Source: Eledone cirrhosa
Taxonomy: Eukaryota
DNA: 64,000 bases
Direction of reading: 5' to 3'
NCBI GenBank assembly: GCA_964016885.1
Contig: CAXHJY010001472.1
Coordinates: 868,001-932,000 of the forward strand
Numbering within the stretch: the first letter of the stretch is position 1; the number at the start of each line of letters is the position of its first letter. Below are positions 54,781-64,000 of the stretch, in pieces. Below the pieces are notes generated by a model. The model did no database searches. It saw only the letters and a program-made list of their open reading frames with translations, and was not told the origin of the DNA. The position numbers and the translations under genes were made by a program.

Positions 54781-57700
54781 TCCCCCTGATTTTTTTTTAC
54801 AAATTATCTCCCCCTGATTTTTTTTACAAATTATCTCCCCCTGATTTTTTTTTACAAATTATCTCCCCCTGATATTTTTTTTACAAATTATCTCCGCCTG
54901 ATTTTTTAAAAAAAATTATCTCCCCTTGGACGGCTGGAAATTATCTCCCCTTGGACGGCTGGAAATTATCTCCCCTTGGACGGCTAGAAATTACCTCTCC
55001 TTGGACGGCTGAAAATTATCTCCCCTTGGACGGCTGCAAATTATCTCCCCTTGATTTTTTTTACAAATTATCTCCCCCTGATTTTTTTTTTACAAATTAT
55101 CTCCCCCTGATTTTTTTTTTACAAATCTCCGCCTGATTTTTAAAAAAAATTATCTCCCCTTGGACGGCTGGAAATTATCTCCCCTTGGACGGCTGGAAAT
55201 TATCTTCCCTTGGACGGTTAGAAATTACCTCTCCTTGGACGGCTGAAAATTATCTCCCCTTGGACGGCTGGAAATTATCTCCCCTTGATTTTTTTACAAA
55301 TTATCTGCCCCTGATTTTTTTTTACAAATTATCTCCCCCTGATTTTTTTAAAAATGATCTCCCCTTGGCTGGTTGGAAATTATCTCCCCTTGGACCGCTA
55401 GAAATAATCTCTCCTTGGACGGCTGGAAATTATCTCCCCTTGATTTTTTTTACAAATCTCCCCCTAATTTAAAAAAAAATTATCTCCCCTTCGCTGGCTG
55501 GAAATTATCTCCCTTTGGACGGCTGGAAATTATAGCCCCTTGTAGGGCTGGAAATTATCTCCCCTTGGACGGCTGGAAATTATCTCCCCTTGATTTTCTT
55601 TACAAATTATCTCCCCCTGACTTTTTTAAAAATGATCTCCCCTTGGACGGCTGGAAATGATCTCCCCTTGGCTGGTTGGAAATTTTCTCCCCTTGGACCG
55701 CTAGAAATTATCTCTCCTTGGACGGCTGGAAATTATCTCCCCTTGATTTTTTTACAAATTATCTCCCCCTGATTTTTTTTACAAATCTCCCAGTGATTTT
55801 TTAAAAAAATTATCTCCCCTTCGCTGGCTGGAAATTATCTCCCCTTGGACGCTGGAAATTATAGCCCCTTGGAGGGCTGGAAATTATCTTCCCTTGGACG
55901 GCTGGAAATTATCTCCCCTTGATTTTTTTTTACAAATTATCTCCCCCTGATTTTTTTTTACAAATTATCTCCCCCTGATTTTTTTTACAAATTATCTCCC
56001 CCTGATTTTTTTTAACAAATTATCTCCCCTTGGACGGCTGGAAATTATCTCCCCTTGGACGGCTGGAAATTATCTCCCCTTGGACGGCTAGAAATTACCT
56101 CTCCTTGGACAGCTGAAAATTATCTCCCCTTGGACGGCTGCAAATTATCTCCCCTTGATTTTTTTTACAAATTATCTCCCCTTGATTTTTTTTTACAAAT
56201 TATCTCCCCCTGATTTTTTTTACAAATTATCTCCCCCTGATTTTTTTTTACAAATTATCTCCCCCTGATTTTTTTTACAAAATATCTCCCCCTGATTTTT
56301 TTACAAATTATCTCCCCCTGATTTTTTTTACAATCTCCGCCTGATTTTTTTAAAAATTATCTTGCCTTGGCTGGCTGGAAATTATCTCCCCTTGGACGGC
56401 TGGAAATTATCTCCCCTTGGAAGGATGGAAATTATCTCCCCTTGGACGGCTGGAAATTATCTCCCCTTGCACGGCTGGAAATTATCTCCCCTTGGACAGC
56501 TGGAAATTATCTGCCCTTGATTTTGTTTTTACAAATTATGTTCCCCTGATTTTTTTTACAAATTATCTCCACCTGATTTTTTAAAAAATTATCTCCCCTT
56601 GGACGGCTGGAAATTATCTCCCCTTGGTTGGAAATTATCTCCCCTTGGACGGCTAGAAATTATCTCTGTTTGGACGGCTGGAAATTATCTCCCTTTGATT
56701 TTTTTAACAAATTATCTCCCTCTGATTTTTTTTACAAATCTCCCCCTGATTTTTTAAAAAAAATTATCTCCCCTTCGCTGGCTGGAAATTATCTCCCCTT
56801 GGACACTGGAAATTATAGCCCCCTGGAGGGCTGGAAATTATCTTCCCTTGGACGGCTGGAAATTATCTCCCCTTGAATTTTTTTACAAATTATCTCCCCC
56901 TGATTTTTTTTTTACAAATTATCTCCCCCTGATTTTTTTTACAAATTATCTCCCCCTGATTTTTTTACAAATTATCTCCGCCTGATTTTTTTAAAAATTA
57001 TCTTCCCTTGGCTGGCGGGAAATTATCTCCCCTTGGACGGCTGGAAATTATCTCCCCTTGGAAGGATGGAAATTATCTCCCCTTGGACAGCTGGAAATTA
57101 TCTCCCCTTGGACGGCTGAAAATTATCTCCCCTTGATTTTTTTTTTACAAATTATCTCCCCCTGATTTTTTTTTACAAATTATCTCCCCCTGATTTTTTT
57201 TTTACAAATTATCTCTCCCTGATTTTTTTTTACAAATATCTCCCCTTGGCTGGCTGGAAATTATCTCCCCTTGGACGGTTGGAAATTATCTCCCCTTGGA
57301 CGGCTGGAAATTATCTCCCCTTGGACGGCTGGAAATTATCTCCTCTTGGACGGCTGGAAATTATCTCCCCTTGGACGGCTGGAAATTATCTGCCCTTGAT
57401 TTTTTTTTACAAATTATCTCCCCCTGATTTTTTTAAAAATGATCTCCCCTTGGACGGCTGGAAATGATCTCCCCTTGGCTGGTTGGAAATTATCTCCCCT
57501 TGGACCGCTAGAAATTATCTCTCCTTGGACGGCTGGAAATTATCTCCCCTTGACTTTTTTACAAATTATCTCGTCCTGATTTTTTTTACAAATCTCCCAG
57601 TGATTTTTAAAAAAAAATTATCTCCCCTTCGCTGGCTGGAAATTATCTCACCTTGGACGCTGGAAATTATAGCCCCTTGGAGGGCTGGAAATTATCTTCA

Positions 57701-60700
57701 CTTGGACGGCTGGAAATTATCTCCCCTTGATTTTTTTTACAAATTATCTCCCCCTGATTTTTTTTTACAAATTATCTCCCCCGGATTTTTTTTTATAAAT
57801 TATCTCCCCCTGATTTTTTTTAACAAATTATCTCCGCCTGATTTTTAAAAAAAAATTATCTCCCCTTAGACGGCTGGAAATTATCTCCCCTTGGACGGCT
57901 GGAAATTATCTCCCCTTGGACGGCTAGAAATTGGACGGCTGAAAATTATCTCCCCTTGGACGGCTGCAAATTATCTCCCCTTGATTTTTTTTACAAATTA
58001 TCTCCCCCTGATTTTTTTTTACAAATTATCTCCCCCTGATTTTTTTTTACAAATTATCTCCCCCTGATTTTTTTTTACAAATTATCTACCCCTGATTTTT
58101 TTTTACAAATTATCTCCCCCTGATTTTTTTTTACAAATTATCTCCCCCTGATTTTTTTTTACAAATTATCTCCCCCTGATTTTTTTTTTACAAATTATCT
58201 CCCCCTGATTTTTTTACAAATTATCTCCCCCTGATTTTTTTTACAATCTCCGCCTGATTTTTTAAAAAATGATCTCCCCTTGGACGGCTGGAAATGATCT
58301 CCCCTTGGCTGGTTGGAAATTATCTCCCCTTGGACCGCTAGAAATTATCTCTCCTTGGACGGCTGGAAATTATCTCCCCTTGATTTTTTTACAAATTATC
58401 TCCCCCTGATTTTTTTTACAAATCTCCCAGTGATTTTTTAAAAAAAATTATCTCCCCTTCGCTGGCTGGAAATTATCTCCCCTTGGACGCTGGAAATTAT
58501 AGCCCCCTTGGAGGGCTGGAAATTATCTTCCCTTGGACGGCTGGAAATTATCTCCCCTTGATTTTTTTACAAATTATCTCCCCCTGATTTTTTTTTACAA
58601 ATTATCTCCGCCTGATTTTTAAAAAAAAATTATCTCCCCTTGGACGGCTGGAATTATCTCCCCTTGGACGGCTGGAAATTATCTCCCCTTGGACGGCTAG
58701 AAATTACCTCTTCTTGGACGGCTGAAAATTATCTCCCCTTGGACGGCTGCAAATTATCTCCCCTTGATTTTTTTTACAAATTATCTCCCCCTGATTTTTT
58801 TTTACAAATTATCTACCCCTGATTTTTTTTACAAATTATCTCCCCCTGATTTTTTTTTACAAATTATCTCCCCCTGATTTTTTTTTACAAATTATCTCCC
58901 CCTGATTTTTTTACAAATTATCTCCCCCTGATTTTTTTTACAATCTCCGCCTGATTTTTTAAAAAATAATCTCCCCTTGGCTGGCGGGAAATTATCTCCC
59001 CTTGGACGGCTGGAAATTATCTCCCCTTGGAAGGATAGAAATTATCTCCCCTTGGACGGCTGGAAATTATCTCCCCTTGCACGGCTGGAAATTATCTCCC
59101 CTTGGACAGCTGGAAATTATCTGCCCTTGATTTTGTTTTTACAAATTATCTCCCCCTGATTTTTTTTACAAAATATCTCCACCTGATTTTTTAAAAAATT
59201 ATCTCCCCTTGGACGGCTGGAAATTATCTCCCCTTGGCTGGAAATTATCTCCCCTTGGACGGCTAGAAATTATCTCTCTTTGGACGGCTGGAAATTATCT
59301 CCCTTTGATTTTTTTTACAAATTATCTCCCTCTGATTTTTTTTACAAATCTCCCCCTGATTTTTAAAAAAAAATTATCTCCCCTTCGCTGGCTGGAAATT
59401 ATCTCCCCTTGGACACTGGAAATTATAGCCCCTTGGAGGGCTGGAAATTATCTTCCCTTGGACGGCTGGAAATTATCTCCCCTTGATTTTTTTTACAAAT
59501 TATCTCCCCCTGATATTTTTTTTACAAATTATCTCCCCCTGATTTTTTTACAAATTATCTCCCCCTGATTTTTTTTACAAATTATCTCCGCCTGATTTTT
59601 TTAAATATTATCTTCCCTTGGCTGGCGGGAAATTATCTCCCCTTGGACGGTTGGAAATTATCTCCCCTTGCACTGCTGGAAATTATCTCCCCTTGGACGG
59701 CTGGAAATTATCTCCCCTTGCACGGCTGGAAATTATCATCCCCTTGGACGGCTGAAAATTATCTCCCCTTGATTTTTTTTTTCAAATTATCTGCCCCTGA
59801 TTTTTTTTTACAAATTATCTCCCCCTGATTTTTTTTTACAAATTATCTCCGCCTGATTTTTAAAAAAAAATTATCTCCCCTTAGACGGCTGGAAATTATC
59901 TCCCCTTGGACGGCTGGAAATTATCTCCCCTTGGACGGCTAGAAATTGGACGGCTGAAAATTATCTCCCCTTGGACGGCTGCAAATTATCTCCCCTTGAT
60001 TTTTTTTACAAATTATCTCCCCCTGATTTTTTTTTACAAATTATCTCCCCCTGATTTTTTTTTTACAAATTATCTCCCCCTGATTTTTTTACAAATTATC
60101 TCCCCCTGATTTTTTTTACAATCTCCGCCTGATTTTTTAAAAAATTATCTTCCCTTGGCTGGCGGGAAATTATCTCCCCTTGGACGGCTGGAAATTATCT
60201 CCCCTTGGCTGGAAATTATCTCCCCTTGGACACTGGAAATTATAGCCCCTTGGAGGGCTGGAAATTATCTTCCCTTGGACGGCTGGAAATTATCTCCCCT
60301 TGATTTTTTTACAAATTATCTGCCCCTGATTTTTTTTTACAAATTATCTCCCCCTGATTTTTTTTTACAAATTATCTACCCCTGATTTTTTTTACAAATT
60401 ATCTCCCCCTGATTTTTTTTTTACAAATTATCTCCCCCTGATTTTTTTAAAAATGATCTCCCCTTGGACGGCTGGAAATGATCTCCCCTTGGCTGGTTGG
60501 AAATTATCTCCCCTTGGACCGCTAGAAATTATCTCTCCTTGGATGGCTGGAAATTATCTCCCCTTGATTTTTCTACAAATTATCTCCCCCTGATTTTTTT
60601 TACAAATCTCCCAGTGATTTTTAAAAAAAATTTTCTCCCCTTCGCTGGCTGGAAATTATCTCCCCTTGGACGCTGGAAATTATAGCCCCTTGGAAGGCTG

Positions 60701-63700
60701 GAAATTATCTTCCCTTGGACGGCTGGAAATTATCTCCCCTTGAATTTTTTTTACAAATTATCTTCCCCTGATTTTTTTTTTTACAAATTATCTCCCCCTG
60801 ATTTTTTTTAACAAATTATCTCCCCTTGGACGGCTGGAAATTATCTCCCCTTGGACGGCTGGAAATTATCTCCCCTTGGACGGCTAGAAATTACCTCTCC
60901 TTGGACGGCTGAAAATTATCTCCCCTTGGACGGCTGCAAATTATCTCCCCTTGATTTTTTTTACAAATTATCTCCCCTTGATTTTTTTTACAAATTATCT
61001 CCCCCTGATTTTTTTTACAAATTATCTTCCCTTGGACGGCTGGAAATTATCTCCCCTTGGAAGGATGGAAATTATCTCCCCTTGGACGGCTGGAAATTAT
61101 CTCCCCTTGCACGGCTGGAAATTATCTCCCCTTGGACAGCTGGAAATTATCTGCCCTTGATTTTGTTTTTACAAATTATCTCCCCCTGATTTTTTTTACA
61201 AATTATCTCCACCTGATTTTTTTAAAAATTATCTCCCCTTGGACGGCTGGAAATTATCTCCCCTTGGCTGGAAATTATCTCCCCTTGGACGGCTAGAAAT
61301 TATCTCTCTTTGGACGGCTGGAAATTATCTCCCTTTGATTTTTTTAACAAATTATCTCCCTCTGATTTTTTTTACAAATCTCCCCCTGATTTTTTTAAAA
61401 AAATTATCTCCCCTTCGCTGGCTGGAAATTATCTCCCCTTGGACACTGGAAATTATAGCCCCCTGGAGGGCTGGAAATTATCTTCCCTTGGACAGCTGGA
61501 AATTATCTCCCCTTGATTTTTTTTACAAATTATCTCCCCCTGATTTTTTTTTACAAATTATCTCCCCCTGATTTTTTTTACAAATTATCTCCCCCTGATT
61601 TTTTTTTACAAATTATCTCCCCCTGATATTTTTTTTACAAATTATCTCCGCCTGATTTTTAAAAAAAAATTATCTCCCCTTGGACGGCTGGAAATTATCT
61701 CCCCTTGGACGGCTGGAAATTATCTCCCCTTGGACGGCTAGAAATTACCTCTCCTTGGACGGCTGAAAATTATCTCCCCTTGGACGGCTGCAAATTATCT
61801 CCCCTTGATTTTTTTTACAAATTATCTCCCCCTGATTTTTTTTTTACAAATTATCTCCCCCTGATTTTTTTTTTACAAATCTCCGCCTGATTTTTAAAAA
61901 AAATTATCTCCCCTTGGACGGCTGGAAATTATCTCCCCTTGGACGGCTGGAAATTATCTTCCCTTGGACGGCTAGAAATTACCTCTCCTTGGACGGCTGA
62001 AAATTATCTCCCCTTGGACGGCTGGAAATTATCTCCCCTTGATTTTTTTACAAATTATCTGCCCCTGATTTTTTTTTTACAAATTATCTCCCCCTGATTT
62101 TTTTAAAAATGATCTCCCCTTGGACGGCTGGAAATGATCTCCCCTTGGCTGGTTGGAAATTATCTCCCCTTGGACCGCTAGAAATAATCTCTCCTTGGAC
62201 GGCTGGAAATTATCTCCCCTTGATTTTTTTTACAAATCTCCCCCTAATTTAAAAAAAAATTATCTCCCCTTCGCTGGCTGGAAATTATCTCCCTTTGGAC
62301 GGCTGGAAATTATAGCCCCTTGTAGGGCTGGAAATTATCTCCCCTTGGACGGCTGGAAATTATCTCCCCTTGATTTTCTTTACAAATTATCTCCCCCTGA
62401 CTTTTTTAAAAATGATCTCCCCTTGGACGGCTGGAAATGATCTCCCCTTGGCTGGTTGGAAATTTTCTCCCCTTGGACCGCTAGAAATTATCTCTCCTTG
62501 GACGGCTGGAAATTATCTCCCCTTGATTTTTTTACAAATTATCTCCCCCTGATTTTTTTTACAAATCTCCCAGTGATTTTTTAAAAAAATTATCTCCCCT
62601 TCGCTGTCTGGAAATTATCTCCCCTTGGACGCTGGAAATTATAGCCCCTTGGAGGGCTGGAAATTATCTTCCCTTGGACGGCTGGAAATTATCTCCCCTT
62701 GATTTTTTTTTACAAATTATCTCCCCCTGATTTTTTTTTACAAATTATCTCCCCCTGATTTTTTTTACAAATTATCTCCCCCTGATTTTTTTTAACAAAT
62801 TATCTCCCCTTGGACGGCTGGAAATTATCTCCCATTGGACGGCTGGAAATTATCTCCCCTTGGACGGCTAGAAATTACCTCTCCTTGGACAGCTGAAAAT
62901 TATCTCCCCTTGAACGGCTGCAAATTATCTCCCCTTGATTTTTTTTACAAATTATCTCCCCTTGATTTTTTTTTACAAATTATCTCCCCCTGATTTTTTT
63001 TACAAATTATCTCCCCCTGATTTTTTTTTACAAATTATCTCCCCCTGATTTTTTTTACAAAATATCTCCCCCTGATTTTTTTACAAATTATCTCCCCCTG
63101 ATTTTTTTTACAATCTCCGCCTGATTTTTTTAAAAATTATCTTCCCTTGGCTGGCTGGAAATTATCTCCCCTTGGACGGCTGGAAATTATCTCCCCTTGG
63201 AAGGATGGAAATTATCTCCCCTTGGACGGCTGGAAATTATCTCCCCTTGCACGGCTGGAAATTATCTCCCCTTGGACAGCTGGAAATTATCTGCCCTTGA
63301 TTTGGTTTTTACAAATTATGTTCCCCTGATTTTTTTTACAAATTATCTCCACCTGATTTTTTAAAAAATTATCTCCCCTTGGACGGCTGGAAATTATCTC
63401 CCCTTGGTTGGAAATTATCTCCCCTTGGACGGCTAGAAATTATCTCTGTTTGGACGGCTGGAAATTATCTCCCTTTGATTTTTTTAACAAATTATCTCCC
63501 TCTGATTTTTTTTACAAATCTCCCCCTGATTTTTTTAAAAAAATTATCTCCCCTTCGCTGACTGGAAATTATCTCCCCTTGGACACTGGAAATTATAGCC
63601 CCCTGGAGGGCTGGAAATTATCTTCCCTTGGACGGCTGGAAATTATCTCCCCTTGATTTTTTTTACAAATTATCTCCCCCTGATTTTTTTTTTACAAATT

Positions 63701-64000
63701 ATCTCCCCCTGATTTTTTTTACAAATTATCTCCCCCTGATTTTTTTACAAATTATCTCCGCCTGATTTTTTTAAAAATTATCTTCCCTTGGCTGGCGGGA
63801 AATTATCTCCCCTTGGACGGCTGGAAATTATCTCCCCTTGGAAGGATGGAAATTATCTCCCCTTGGACAGCTGGAAATTATCTCCCCTTGGACGGCTGAA
63901 AATTATCTCCCCTTGATTTTTTTTTTACAAATTATCTCCCCCTGATTTTTTTTTACAAATTATCTCCCCCTGATTTTTTTTTTACAAATTATCTCTCCCT
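50950..64000 (+). repeat. Two tandem copies (second incomplete) of the ~7.08 kb basic HOR, the second lacking one 303-bp sub-repeat
   Basis: Offsets are 7,081-7,082 for 51559/58640, 51896/58977 and 53073/60155, then 6,754-6,780 for 53718/60497, 54951/61705 and 56367/63147. Confidence 0.88.

Larger units (their letters stand above)
1..64000 (+). repeat. Composite tandem satellite array of 25-30 bp monomers sharing the core AAATTATCTCCCC(C/T)TG; extends beyond both window edges
   Basis: Every line of the window consists of AAATTATCTCCCCTTGGACGGCTGG (25 bp) or AAATTATCTCCCCCTGA(T)7-11AC (~26-30 bp) monomers and their variants, all head-to-tail on the same strand. No inversion or unique insert was seen. 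Confidence 0.99.

Noticed and set aside
227-63656. About 200 short + strand ORFs (60-152 aa) with motifs GWKLSPL, LEIISPW and NYLPL
   Set aside because: These are translation artefacts. The 25-bp A monomer has no stop codon in any + frame, so the three frames cycle through the same peptide. ORFs overlap in different frames, mostly start at TTG, and are frameshifted by poly-T length changes between copies. The minus strand lacks ORFs because each monomer contributes a TAA.
1-64000. CRISPR-like appearance (constant core with variable intervening sequence)
   Set aside because: The core is only 16 bp, the intervening parts are 9-14 bp and belong to two or three recurring families rather than unique spacers, and there are no cas genes or leader.
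1-64000. Telomerase-synthesised long telomeric repeat (25 bp, one G-tract strand)
   Set aside because: Two alternating tails, fixed variants and multi-kb HORs indicate recombinational amplification rather than copying from one RNA template. It does not match a telomeric repeat I know. A subtelomeric location is not excluded.
1-64000. Plasmid or phage iteron origin
   Set aside because: Iteron arrays have a few to tens of copies next to a rep gene. Here there are thousands of copies and no coding sequence.

Overview
The whole 64 kb window is one uninterrupted, single-orientation tandem satellite array. I see no genes, RNA genes, mobile elements or unique sequence. The array has about 2,400 short monomers (estimated from 64 kb / ~26.5 bp), all sharing a 16-bp core AAATTATCTCCCC(C/T)TG. 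Each monomer carries one of two main tails: type A, GACGGCTGG (25-bp monomer), or type B, A(T)7-11AC (~26-30-bp monomer). A third junction type, A(T)n(A)m, usually ends a B run. Short A runs alternate with short B runs under a nearly strict grammar. Diagnostic variant monomers reveal nested higher-order repeats (HORs): ~0.15-0.4 kb A/B modules, 2.1-2.5 kb sub-blocks and a ~7.0-7.1 kb basic HOR. Locally amplified derivatives measure ~8.79 kb (about 3 copies), 9,098 bp (2 copies), 4,396 bp (2 copies) and ~7.08/6.78 kb, and there is a 28.8 kb long-range relationship. All ORFs in the track are translation artefacts of the repeat. The organisation resembles eukaryotic centromeric, pericentromeric or subtelomeric satellite, but I do not recognise the family or the organism, and any function is inference. 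HOR boundaries are approximate, read by eye and from offsets between identical ORFs.
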